A stretch of DNA of 32,173 nucleotides from Gammaproteobacteria bacterium (GCA_030426065.1 JAUHZH010000001.1:1-32173), one strand, 5' to 3'; shown: positions 21,915 through 29,981, counted from the first letter of the stretch. Notes: generated by a model not told the origin, from the letters alone. Numbers and translations: made by a program.

Positions 21915-21943
21915 AAAAAAGGGTGTCAACTTGACACCCTTTT
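21915..21943 (-). terminator. Intrinsic terminator after tRNA-Val/tRNA-Asp
   Basis: A6-GGGTGTCAA-C-TTGACACCC-T4 inverted repeat. Confidence 0.8.
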
Positions 21944-21949
21944 CTATAA

Positions 21950-22026
21950 TGGCGGAGCGGACGGGACTCGAACCCGCGACCCCCGGCGTGACAGGCCGGT
22001 ATTCTAACCAACTGAACTACCGCTCC
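21950..22026 (-). tRNA. tRNA-Asp(GTC)
   Basis: GGAGCGG acceptor, anticodon arm CCGGC-CTGTCAC-GCCGG, TTCGA and encoded CCA. Confidence 0.98.
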
Positions 22027-22031
22027 GAATC

Positions 22032-22107
22032 TGGTGGGTGCTGAGGGGATCGAACCCCCGACCCTCGCCTTGTAAGGGCGATGCTCTCCCAGCTGAGCTA
22101 AGCACCC
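22032..22107 (-). tRNA. tRNA-Val(TAC)
   Basis: GGGTGCT acceptor, anticodon arm TCGCC-CTTACAA-GGCGA and CCA. Confidence 0.98.
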
Positions 22108-22120
22108 GATTCAGGGAGCG

Positions 22121-22393
22121 TTAGTTTACTGCATCCTTAAGTGCTTTGCCAGCCTTAAATGATGGAATTTTTGCAGCTGCAATGTTGATGGTTTCGCCAG
22201 TTCTTGGGTTACGACCTTGGCGAGCTGCACGCTCTTTTACAGAGAAAGTACCAAAGCCAACAAAAGTCAATTTGTCGTCTTTTTTCATGGCGTCTGTGAT
22301 GGTATCGACAACGGCGTCGAATACATCTGAGGCTGTGCTTTGAGAAACATTTGCTGAATCAGCAACAGCTCTGATGAAATCTTGTTTTTTCAT
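22121..22393 (-). CDS. hupB: DNA-binding protein HU
   Basis: GFGTFSVKERAARQGRNPRTGE and PSFKAGKALKDAVN; downstream of lon. Confidence 0.95.
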   Translation of the reverse strand: MKKQDFIRAVADSANVSQSTASDVFDAVVDTITDAMKKDDKLTFVGFGTFSVKERAARQGRNPRTGETINIAAAKIPSFKAGKALKDAVN

Positions 22394-22448
22394 AATTAAA
22401 CTCCTTCGTTCTTATTCTACTTCCGACGAACCGTCGAGAAAGGCGCAT

Positions 22449-22477
22449 TTTATACCAATAATTGAAATTTGTGCCAA
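22449..22477 (-). promoter_or_regulatory. Candidate sigma70 promoter for hupB-tRNAs
   Basis: TTGGCA-17 nt-TATAAA with extended -10 TG, followed by GC-rich ATGCGCC. Confidence 0.45.
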
Positions 22478-22572
22478 TATATTTTTTCTTTTATTAAAGT
22501 TATGTTTTATTCGCATTGGCGCTGGTTCCAAATCAGCGAATATCATACACCAAAAACGCCATTTTGCACCAT

Positions 22573-24972
22573 TTAATGTCGTTTTTCTTTGACGATGTTC
22601 TTATTTTTTTCTACAGCAACACCTTCATCATTTTCTGATGCTTCTTCAGTCAGTGCCACCGGTTTGATTTTTTGAGTCAAAGCCAATGTCAGGACTTCAT
22701 CAATCCACTTGACCGGGATGATTTCCAGACCGTTTTTGATGTTGTCAGGCATGTCAGCCAGATTCTTTTCATTTTCTTTGGGTATGATCACGGTTTTGAT
22801 GCCACCTCGCAAAGCAGCCAGCAGTTTTTCTTTCAATCCACCGATCGCCAAAACGCGTCCGCGCAGTGTGATTTCCCCTGTCATAGCGACTGTTGACTTC
22901 ACTGGGTTGTCGCTCAATGCAGAAACCAAGGCAGTACACATACCAATACCCGCACTGGGTCCATCTTTGGGTGTCGCGCCTTCTGGCACATGCACGTGGC
23001 TGTCATTGGCTTTGAATTTATCCGCCGTGATGCCAAACAAATGGGCGCGTGACTTCACCACCGACAAAGCCGCATGAATCGATTCTTTCATGACATTACC
23101 CAGATGGCCAGTGTGATTCAGCTTACCTGACCCTGGATACACGGCCGCTTCAATTTGCAACAGGTCACCGCCCACTTCAGTCCAAGCCAAACCTGTGACG
23201 GTACCGACTTCATTTTTCTTCTCGGCCACACCAAAGCTGAATTTTTTAACCCCCAGGTAATCTCCAATGTTTTTCACTGAAACATTGATGCCGTCGGTGC
23301 CTTTCTCTGTCAGGATTTGTTTGACTGATTTTCTCGCAATTTTGGCAATTTCTCGCTCAAGATTCCTGACACCAGATTCCCTGGTATAAAAGCGCACAAC
23401 CTCTTTTATGGCTGCTGCTGAAATTTTCACCTCGGCTTTTTTTAAACCATGGGCTTTGAGCTGTTTAGGAATCAAGTATCGTTTGGCGATTTCAATCTTT
23501 TCTTCTTCGGTGTAACCTGGAATGCGGATGATCTCCATTCGGTCTCGCAACGGTCCAGGGATATTGAGCGAATTGGCGGTTGCAATGAACATCACTTCAG
23601 ACAAATCAAAGTCAACTTCCAAATAGTGATCCGCAAAAGCATTGTTTTGCTCTGGATCCAAAACCTCAAGCAAAGCAGCGGCCGGGTCTCCCCTGAAGTC
23701 TCGAGACATTTTGTCCAACTCATCCAAAATCATCACTGGATTGCAAGACTTGGCCTTGGTGATGTTTTGAATCACGCGACCTGGCATCGAACCAATGTAA
23801 GTTCTTCGGTGACCCCTGATTTCAGATTCATCAGAGACACCACCCAGTGAAAACCTGGAAAAGGCGCGGTTGGTGGCTTTGGCGATGGATTTACCCAACG
23901 ACGTTTTACCGACACCTGGCGGTCCCACCAAACACATGATGGCCCCTTTCATTTTAGGGGTGCGTTGTTGAACTGCCAAATATTCCAATATCCGCTCTTT
24001 GATTTCATCCAAGCCATAATGGTCCTCGTCCAAGACTTGCTTGGCATAGCTCAAATCCATCTTCAAATCAGACCTTTTCGACCAAGGCACAGCCAAAACG
24101 GTGTCCAAATAATTGCGCACCACCGTGGCTTCTGCTGACATCGGCGGCATCATTTGCAACTTTTTGAATTCAGACTCAACCTTTTCTCTGGCCGCTTCGG
24201 ACAATTGGGTTTCGGCAATCTTTTGTTCTAGGTCACCATACTCTGAATTGCTTTCATCAATGTCGGTCAACTCTTTCTTGATGGCCTTCATTTGTTCATT
24301 CAGGTAGTATTCTCGCTGGTTCTTCTCAATCTGCCCTTTGACTCGGCCACGAATCTTTTTCTCCATGACCATCATTTCCAATTCTTTTTCAATCAGGGTC
24401 AGGATGTGTTCCAAACGTTCTTTGGGCGATGTGATTTCAAGGATGCGTTGTTTCTCTTGGTGTTTGATGACCAAGTGGGCCGAAACGGTGTCCGTGATTT
24501 TGTTCAACTGCTCAATGCTTTCCAAACTGTTGAGGATCTCTTTCGGAATCTTTTTGTGTTTTTTTACGTAGTCGCTGAACCGATCTCGCAAAGCCCTCTT
24601 CAAGGCAATGATTTCACCGGTCATTTCAGGCTCGTGGGTCACGACTTCTTGAAAATCTGCTTTGAAAAAGACATCATCCTCAATGTGTTTGATGGCCACA
24701 CGGGCCTTACCTTCAATCAGCACTTTGTGGGTGCCGTCCTGTAATTTCACCATTTGCAAGATCGATGACAGGGTGCCCATTTCGAACACATCATCTACTG
24801 TTGGCTGGTCTTCTTCAGGGTGTTTTTGTGCCACCAAAATCACAGGTGAGTTGTCTTTTAATGCATGTTCCAATGCTTTGATCGATTTTTCTCGACCGAC
24901 AAACAATGGAACGACCATGCCAGGGAACACCACCACATCTCTCAGTGGCAAAACAGAAGTTTTGTTGGTCAT
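22573..24972 (-). CDS. lon: Lon protease
   Basis: LPLRDVVVFP, GPPGVGKTS, HRRTYIG and PKDGPSAG motifs. Confidence 0.98.
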   Translation of the reverse strand: MTNKTSVLPLRDVVVFPGMVVPLFVGREKSIKALEHALKDNSPVILVAQKHPEEDQPTVDDVFEMGTLSSILQMVKLQDGTHKVLIEGKARVAIKHIEDDVFFKADFQEVVTHEPEMTGEIIALKRALRDRFSDYVKKHKKIPKEILNSLESIEQLNKITDTVSAHLVIKHQEKQRILEITSPKERLEHILTLIEKELEMMVMEKKIRGRVKGQIEKNQREYYLNEQMKAIKKELTDIDESNSEYGDLEQKIAETQLSEAAREKVESEFKKLQMMPPMSAEATVVRNYLDTVLAVPWSKRSDLKMDLSYAKQVLDEDHYGLDEIKERILEYLAVQQRTPKMKGAIMCLVGPPGVGKTSLGKSIAKATNRAFSRFSLGGVSDESEIRGHRRTYIGSMPGRVIQNITKAKSCNPVMILDELDKMSRDFRGDPAAALLEVLDPEQNNAFADHYLEVDFDLSEVMFIATANSLNIPGPLRDRMEIIRIPGYTEEEKIEIAKRYLIPKQLKAHGLKKAEVKISAAAIKEVVRFYTRESGVRNLEREIAKIARKSVKQILTEKGTDGINVSVKNIGDYLGVKKFSFGVAEKKNEVGTVTGLAWTEVGGDLLQIEAAVYPGSGKLNHTGHLGNVMKESIHAALSVVKSRAHLFGITADKFKANDSHVHVPEGATPKDGPSAGIGMCTALVSALSDNPVKSTVAMTGEITLRGRVLAIGGLKEKLLAALRGGIKTVIIPKENEKNLADMPDNIKNGLEIIPVKWIDEVLTLALTQKIKPVALTEEASENDEGVAVEKNKNIVKEKRH

Positions 24973-24986
24973 TATGATTCTCGTTT

Positions 24987-26252
24987 TTATTCCGTCACTT
25001 GGCTGGTCATTTGCTGACCACCATAAACCAAGTAAGGTTTGTTACCGTCTTCGATCACTGCCCGATCAATGACGACTTTTTCCAAGTTTTCGATGTCGGG
25101 TAAATCGTACATGATTTCCAACAAGGCATTCTCCATGATGGTTCGCAGTCCTCGCGCACCCGTCTTTCTGGCCAATGCCAATTTGGCAATGGCTTCATAG
25201 GCGTCATCTCTGATTTCCAGCTCAACATTCTCCATCTCAAACAAGCGCATGAATTGCTTAGAAATTGCATTTTTGGGTTCTTGCAAAATGCGAATCAAGG
25301 CGCTTTCATCCAACCGTTCCAAAGTGGCATTGACGGGCAAACGGCCGACAAACTCTGGAATCAGACCAAATTTAACCAAATCATCGGCCTCCAAACCTTT
25401 GAATAAGGCCAGTTCTTCTTCCCTGGCTTTTTCTGATGCCACGGTGGCAGAAAATCCGATACCGGTTTGGGTGGATCGCTCTTGAATGATTTTTTCCAGA
25501 CCAGAGAATGCACCGCCACAGATGAATAAAATGTTCTTGGTGTTGACTTGTAGGAACTCTTGTTGTGGGTGTTTACGACCACCTTGAGGCGGGATCGATG
25601 CCACCGTGCCTTCAATCAATTTCAACAATGCTTGTTGCACACCTTCACCTGAAACATCTCGGGTGATCGATGGGTTTTCAGACTTGCGAGAAACTTTATC
25701 GATCTCATCAATATAGATGATACCGGTTTCGGCTTTTTCGACGTCATAGTCACAATTCTGCAACAACTTCTGAATGATGTTTTCCACATCTTCACCAACA
25801 TAGCCGGCTTCTGTTAATGTGGTTGCATCGGCTATGGTGAAAGGCACATTTAAAATCCTCGCCAAAGTTTCGGCGAGCAAAGTTTTACCTGAACCGGTTG
25901 GGCCCACCAACAAGATGTTAGATTTTGACAATTCAACATCTGAACCTTCGTTGAAATTCGAACGGATACGTTTGTAGTGGTTGTACACAGCCACAGCCAA
26001 TACTTTTTTGGCTGTTTCTTGGCCAATGACATAATCATTGAGCAATTCGTGGATGCGTTTGGGTGTGGGCAGGTCTTCCAAGCTGTCAGAGAGGTTTTCC
26101 TCAATTTCGTCACGAATGATTTCGTTACATAAATCAACGCATTCATCGCAAATGAACACGCTGGGGCCCGCAATCAATTTGGTCACTTCCTGCTGGTTCT
26201 TGCCGCAAAAGCTGCAATGTTTGATTTCTTCAATGCCTCTGTCTTCGCTCAT
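24987..26252 (-). CDS. clpX: ATP-dependent Clp protease ATP-binding subunit
   Basis: CSFCGK..ICDECV zinc finger, [15 protein letters not shown] and IGF loops. Confidence 0.98.
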   Translation of the reverse strand: MSEDRGIEEIKHCSFCGKNQQEVTKLIAGPSVFICDECVDLCNEIIRDEIEENLSDSLEDLPTPKRIHELLNDYVIGQETAKKVLAVAVYNHYKRIRSNFNEGSDVELSKSNILLVGPTGSGKTLLAETLARILNVPFTIADATTLTEAGYVGEDVENIIQKLLQNCDYDVEKAETGIIYIDEIDKVSRKSENPSITRDVSGEGVQQALLKLIEGTVASIPPQGGRKHPQQEFLQVNTKNILFICGGAFSGLEKIIQERSTQTGIGFSATVASEKAREEELALFKGLEADDLVKFGLIPEFVGRLPVNATLERLDESALIRILQEPKNAISKQFMRLFEMENVELEIRDDAYEAIAKLALARKTGARGLRTIMENALLEIMYDLPDIENLEKVVIDRAVIEDGNKPYLVYGGQQMTSQVTE

Positions 26253-26354
26253 GCTGTTCCGTTTTCTTTCTGTTTCATGGTTTATCTTACAAAATATGAC
26301 CTGAATTTTCGATGATTAGCTCATAATTGTTTGGACTGGGTTAATTCACCTTGC

Positions 26355-26383
26355 TATTTGGCGTCATTTCCACGATTCTCAAG
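26355..26383 (-). promoter_or_regulatory. Candidate sigma32 (RpoH) promoter for clpX-lon
   Basis: CTTGAGA-13 nt-CGCCAAATA versus consensus CTTGAAA-N13/14-CCCCATNT. Confidence 0.55.
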
Positions 26384-26432
26384 CCCTGAATGCATCTTCG
26401 CTGTCTTTGGGCTGTGAAAAAACGTCAGTGAC

Positions 26433-26459
26433 AAAAAAGCCCCAATAACTGGGGCTTTT
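26433..26459 (-). terminator. Intrinsic terminator after clpP
   Basis: AAAAGCCCCA-GTTAT-TGGGGCTTTTTT on the - strand. Confidence 0.75.
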
Positions 26460-26480
26460 GATGACAAGGCAGTGATTTGA

Positions 26481-27083
26481 TCAACGTTTATTGACCACTT
26501 CATCAATGATCCCATACGCTTTCGCTTCTTCGGCACTGAGGAAATGATCACGATCGGTGTCTTGTTCCACTTTTTCAATCGGCTGACCTGAATGCTTGGC
26601 CATCAATTCATTCATCTTGCGTTTCACTTTCAACATTTCCTTGGCGTGGATATCAATGTCCGAGGCTTGGCCTTGGAATCCACCCAATGGTTGATGAATC
26701 ATGACACGCGCATTAGGCAAAGCCAATCGCTTGCCTTCAGCTCCCGCATTCAACAAGAAAGCACCCATGCTGGCGGCTTGGCCAATACACATGGTGCTGA
26801 CATTGGGTTTGATGAACTGCATTGTATCGTAAATCGACATGCCCGAAGTGATCACGCCACCAGGGCTGTTGATGTACAAGTTGATGTCTTTGTCAGGGTT
26901 CTCAGCTTCCAAAAACAACAACTGAGCGACCACCAAGTTGGCCATGTGGTCTTCAATGGGACCGACCAAAAAGATGATGCGCTCTTTCAACAAGCGCGAA
27001 TAAATGTCATACGAACGCTCGCCTCGAGCTGTTCGTTCAACCACCATCGGAATGAGGTTCATGATTTCTTCGTGACTTTGCAT
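26481..27083 (-). CDS. clpP: ATP-dependent Clp protease proteolytic subunit
   Basis: [27 protein letters not shown] and MIHQP motifs. ATG 27083 preferred to TTG 27095. Confidence 0.98.
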   Translation of the reverse strand: MQSHEEIMNLIPMVVERTARGERSYDIYSRLLKERIIFLVGPIEDHMANLVVAQLLFLEAENPDKDINLYINSPGGVITSGMSIYDTMQFIKPNVSTMCIGQAASMGAFLLNAGAEGKRLALPNARVMIHQPLGGFQGQASDIDIHAKEMLKVKRKMNELMAKHSGQPIEKVEQDTDRDHFLSAEEAKAYGIIDEVVNKR

Positions 27084-27098
27084 GTTGTCAACCAAAAT

Positions 27099-28401
27099 TT
27101 AAGACTGAGGCTTCATGATATCATCAAATGATTTGGATTTTTCCTCAATTTTGACTTGAGTTTCAACCCATTCCATCACTTGAGCTTCGATGACATTTTG
27201 CTCAATACCAGCCATCAAATCAGGGTTCTTGTAATACATTTGAACCACTTCTTCTGGCTTCTCAAATGTTTGAGCCATGTCATTGATTTGCTCACGGACC
27301 TTGGCAAAATCAGTCTTGATGTCTTGGTCTTTGGCTATTTTTTTGAATGATCAAAGTGTTCAAAATGCGCTCAGAAGCCGTTGATTTAAAACCTTCAGCG
27401 TCAGGCAATTGTGCATCTTGCATGCCCATTTGTTTGGCACGTTGCAATTCTTGTTGGGCCAAAAACTGGCTTTCGCGGCTGACCATGGACTCAGGCAACA
27501 AAGTACCTTCACATGCAGAGCGCAATGCTTTCAATGCATTGTTTTTGAATTCATTGCTGATGGACTGATTCAATTCACGCTCTAAGTTGCTTCGGATGTC
27601 GTTTTTAAACTCTTCCACGTCACCACTTTCAATGCCAAAAGACTTAACGAATTCTTCATCCACTTTAGGCAGTTTGGCTTTTCTGACATCAGCCACATCA
27701 AAAGCAACGGTGGCTTTCTTACCTGCCAACTCAGCCACATTGAATGGCTCAGGGAAAGTCACTTCCACTTCTGCAGATTCTTTGGCTTTCAAGCCGACAA
27801 TGGCTTTTTTCAGCTCTGCAGGGATGTTACTTTCTCCCAACAAGACACCCATTTTTTCGGTACCTTCTGCTGGGTAAGTCACGTCACCTGAAGTTTTGTA
27901 CTCGATGGTGACCAAATCACCGTTGGCGACTTTACCTTTGCTTTCTTTCCAGTCTTGCTTCTGCTTTTGCAGATTTTTAACCATGTTATCAATGTCACCA
28001 TCACTGATTTCAGCCACTGTTTTCTCAACAGCCAAGTCTGCGAATTCAATCGCAGGCACCTCTGGCATCAATTCAACCTTGGCTTTGAATGAAAAACCAC
28101 CGTCTTCTTTGTCATCGGCATCGGTGACTTCAGGTGCAGCAATGATGTTCAAGTCGTTGTCTTTCAAAGCTTGTTCGATGGAGTTTTGCATCATCTCACC
28201 AAGGACTTCTTGACGAGCATGCTGACCAAACCTTTGTTTTAAAATGTTTTTAGGCACGCGACCTTGTCTGAAACCTTTCAAACGTACTTCCTTACCCAAT
28301 TCATTCAATTTGGCATCCACCTTGGTTTGAATGGCATCGGCTTCCAAGTCAATATTGACAATGCGTTCTAAGCCTTCTGACTGATCAATAGAGATTTGCA
28401 T
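27099..28401 (-). CDS. tig: Trigger factor, frameshifted as assembled (one extra A in the A7 run at 27338-27344)
   Basis: GFRQGRVP ribosome-binding motif. Removing one A continues ..QKIAKDQDIKTDFAKVREQINDMAQTFEKPEEVVQMYY..KSFDDIMKPQS* to the stop at 27099, giving 433 aa. Confidence 0.93.
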
Positions 28402-28435
28402 CTTTACTCCAACTATATCTGTTTCTTTACAATGA

Positions 28436-28519
<84 letters not shown>

Positions 28520-28590
28520 TATGTTTTGTGTATATGGGGCACACCACAGGCTTTACAAGCCCATGCCTTACCCTAGATGAGAAGAATGAA

Positions 28591-28667
28591 TGGGGTGGCC
28601 GATGGGGCTCGAACCCACGACAACCAGAATCACAATCTGGCGCTCTACCAACTGAACTACGGCCACC
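28591..28667 (-). tRNA. tRNA-His(GTG)
   Basis: G-1 plus GTGGCCG acceptor, CCAGA-TTGTGAT-TCTGG anticodon arm and CCA. Confidence 0.98.
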
Positions 28668-28680
28668 ATAAATGCCTGCC

Positions 28681-28757
28681 TGGCGCGCCCGGCAGGACTC
28701 GAACCTGCAACCCTCGGCTTAGAAGGCCGATGCTCTATCCAGTTGAGCTACGGGCGC
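28681..28757 (-). tRNA. tRNA-Arg(TCT)
   Basis: GCGCCCG acceptor, TCGGC-CTTCTAA-GCCGA anticodon arm and CCA. Confidence 0.98.
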
Positions 28758-28777
28758 ATAACAGGTTATGCAAAAAT

Positions 28778-28854
28778 TGGTCGGGGTAGAGAGATTCGAA
28801 CTCCCGACCCACTGCTCCCAAAGCAGTTGCGCTACCAGGCTGCGCTATACCCCG
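28778..28854 (-). tRNA. tRNA-Pro(TGG)
   Basis: CGGGGTA acceptor, ACTGC-TTTGGGA-GCAGT anticodon arm and CCA. Confidence 0.98.
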
Positions 28855-28890
28855 ACTGAATCTTATTCACTCATTTCATCAAGTCGGCGA

Positions 28891-28919
28891 ATTTTATACG
28901 CTCACCCACTCAAGTTCAA
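28891..28919 (-). promoter_or_regulatory. sigma70 promoter of the Pro-Arg-His-Leu tRNA operon
   Basis: TTGAAC-17 nt-TAAAAT with GC-rich discriminator TCGCCG. Confidence 0.65.
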
Positions 28920-28936
28920 TCATAAAATAAGATTTT

Positions 28937-28962
28937 AAACCCCATCATCCTGACAGGGGTTT
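28937..28962 (-). terminator. Probable terminator after tRNA-Arg(ACG)
   Basis: AAACCCC-TGTCAGGATGAT-GGGGTTT followed by an AT-rich tract. Confidence 0.5.
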
Positions 28963-28994
28963 GGCCTTTCACACTGCGTGCAAAGGCCGAAAAA

Positions 28995-29072
28995 TGGCGC
29001 GCCCGGAAGGATTCGAACCTCCGACCACCTGGTTCGTAGCCAGGTACTCTGATCCAACTGAGCTACGGGCGC
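28995..29072 (-). tRNA. tRNA-Arg(ACG)
   Basis: GCGCCCG acceptor, CCTGG-CTACGAA-CCAGG anticodon arm and CCA. Confidence 0.97.
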
Positions 29073-29085
29073 TCAAGGGTTGCGA

Positions 29086-29114
29086 ATTATGTTGCTTTTT
29101 TTTATTGAAGTCAA
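29086..29114 (-). promoter_or_regulatory. sigma70 promoter of tRNA-Arg(ACG)
   Basis: TTGACT-17 nt-CATAAT. Confidence 0.65.
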
Positions 29115-29161
29115 CAACAATTCATACCAATTTGCTTAGAATTCATTCCATCATCACAAAA

Positions 29162-29255
29162 TGGCGGAGAGTGAGGGATTATTGAAAACTTCCTGTTTTC
29201 ACCGCTTCGCGGCGCCTGCGGCGATAAAAAACGTTCCTGACGTTTTTTTCGAACC
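29162..29255 (-). pseudogene. tRNA-Ser 3' fragment (copy A), T-loop interrupted by hairpin element E1
   Basis: 29158-29180 is identical to 29317-29339; CGAACC resumes at 29250 after the insert. Confidence 0.85.
29181..29249. repeat. 69-bp four-hairpin element E1 (T-loop site)
   Basis: TGAAAAC-TTCCT-GTTTTCA / CCGC-TTC-GCGG / CGCC-TGC-GGCG / AAAAAACGT-TCCTG-ACGTTTTTT. Confidence 0.85.
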
Positions 29256-29283
29256 TCGGCTTCTCAACCTTCATGCTCCATAA

Positions 29284-29320
29284 TTTTTATTTTAGCCCGC
29301 TATGCGGACTTAAATAAAAA
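29284..29320 (-). terminator. Terminator-like inverted repeat immediately after the tRNA-Ser CCA
   Basis: TTTTTATTT-TAGC-CCGC-TAT-GCGG-ACTT-AAATAAAAA. Confidence 0.5.
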
Positions 29321-29411
29321 TGGCGGAGAGTGAGGGATTCGAACCCTCGATGAGTGATTAACCCATACTCCCTTAGCAGGGGAGCGCCTTCAGCCTCTCG
29401 GCCAACTCTCC
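29321..29411 (-). tRNA. tRNA-Ser(GCT), intact
   Basis: GGAGAGT/ACTCTCC acceptor, CTCCC-CTGCTAA-GGGAG anticodon arm, long variable arm and GCCA end; the usual position downstream of csrA. Confidence 0.97.
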
Positions 29412-29459
29412 GTATCATGTTTCTGGTTTTTATACTTGCATACCAGATTCAAGTCAGCG

Positions 29460-29569
29460 CTCCCAATGGGAGACGCCTTATTCCGGGCTTCCTACCCTCC
29501 ACCCTACGGGTCCGCTTCGCGGGGCTAAAATGTTCCAGACATTTTAGTCAGCCTCTCGGCCAACTCTCC
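29460..29569 (-). pseudogene. tRNA-Ser 5' fragment (copy B), D-loop interrupted by element E2, anticodon loop collapsed
   Basis: 29549-29573 is identical to 29391-29415. Left flank CTCCC-AAT-GGGAG-A-CGCCTT versus intact CTCCC-TTAGCAG-GGGAG-CGCCTT. Confidence 0.85.
29480..29548. repeat. 69-bp four-hairpin element E2 (D-loop site)
   Basis: GGGC-TTCCT-ACCC / ACCC-TAC-GGGT / CCGC-TTC-GCGG / CTAAAATGT-TCCAG-ACATTTTAG. Confidence 0.85.
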
Positions 29570-29642
29570 GTATTCGTTTGCAGTCGTTTTTTACTTGCTA
29601 CTACAACAAGTTTCCATCTTGCGATGGAACGAGTGAGGGATT

Positions 29643-29712
29643 ACAAAATACTTCCTGTATTTTGCCCTGCGGGTCGCCTCCGGCGATCAAATTTGTTCCA
29701 GACAAATTTAGT
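29643..29712. repeat. 70-bp four-hairpin element E3 (T-loop site)
   Basis: CAAAATAC-TTCCT-GTATTTTG / CCC-TGC-GGG / TCGCC-TCC-GGCGA / AAATTTGT-TCCAG-ACAAATTT. Confidence 0.85.
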
Positions 29713-29776
29713 CGAACCCTCGATGAGTGCCCTAAATAAGCAATGCACCCATACTCCCTTAGCAGGGGAGCGCCTT

Positions 29777-29845
29777 ATTCCGGGCTCCTTGCCCTTCACC
29801 CTTCGGGTCCGCTTCGCGGTATTAAAATGTTCCAGACATTTTAAT
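29777..29845. repeat. 69-bp four-hairpin element E4 (D-loop site)
   Basis: GGGC-TCCTT-GCCC / ACCC-TTC-GGGT / CCGC-TTC-GCGG / TTAAAATGT-TCCAG-ACATTTTAA; 60/69 identical to E2 by hand alignment. Confidence 0.85.
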
Positions 29846-29981
29846 CAGCCTCTTGGCCAACTCTCCGTATTTAAAAATACTATGATTAAAATTACTTCAA
29901 TCAAAGAAAAGTAAGAATTATAGCTTTTTCTAACAGGTAAGTGACTGGAAGAACAAACAGATAATGTCTTAAAGGGCGCTT

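Larger units (their letters stand above)
29625..29866 (-). pseudogene. Full-length tRNA-Ser(GCT) copy C with two element insertions, extended variable arm and degenerate acceptor 3' strand
   Basis: Collinear with 29321-29411 once 29643-29712 and 29777-29845 are removed; anticodon arm identical. Confidence 0.88.

Noticed and set aside
22472-22477. TGGCAC as a sigma54 -24 box upstream of hupB
   Set aside because: No TTGC -12 box at the required spacing.
29162-29866. CRISPR array or group I/II intron reading of the repeats
   Set aside because: The repeated parts are tRNA sequence with irregular spacing and there are no cas genes. Inserts of 69-70 nt are far too short for group I/II cores and are not in the anticodon loop.
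29354-29914. 186-aa + strand ORF with internal repeat (LIPG..TLRVRFA.LKCSRHF.QPLGQLSVF)
   Set aside because: It is antisense to tRNA-Ser and its copies, and the peptide repeat simply mirrors the DNA repeat. No RBS or recognisable domain. That 69 bp is a multiple of 3 is noted but is not evidence of coding.
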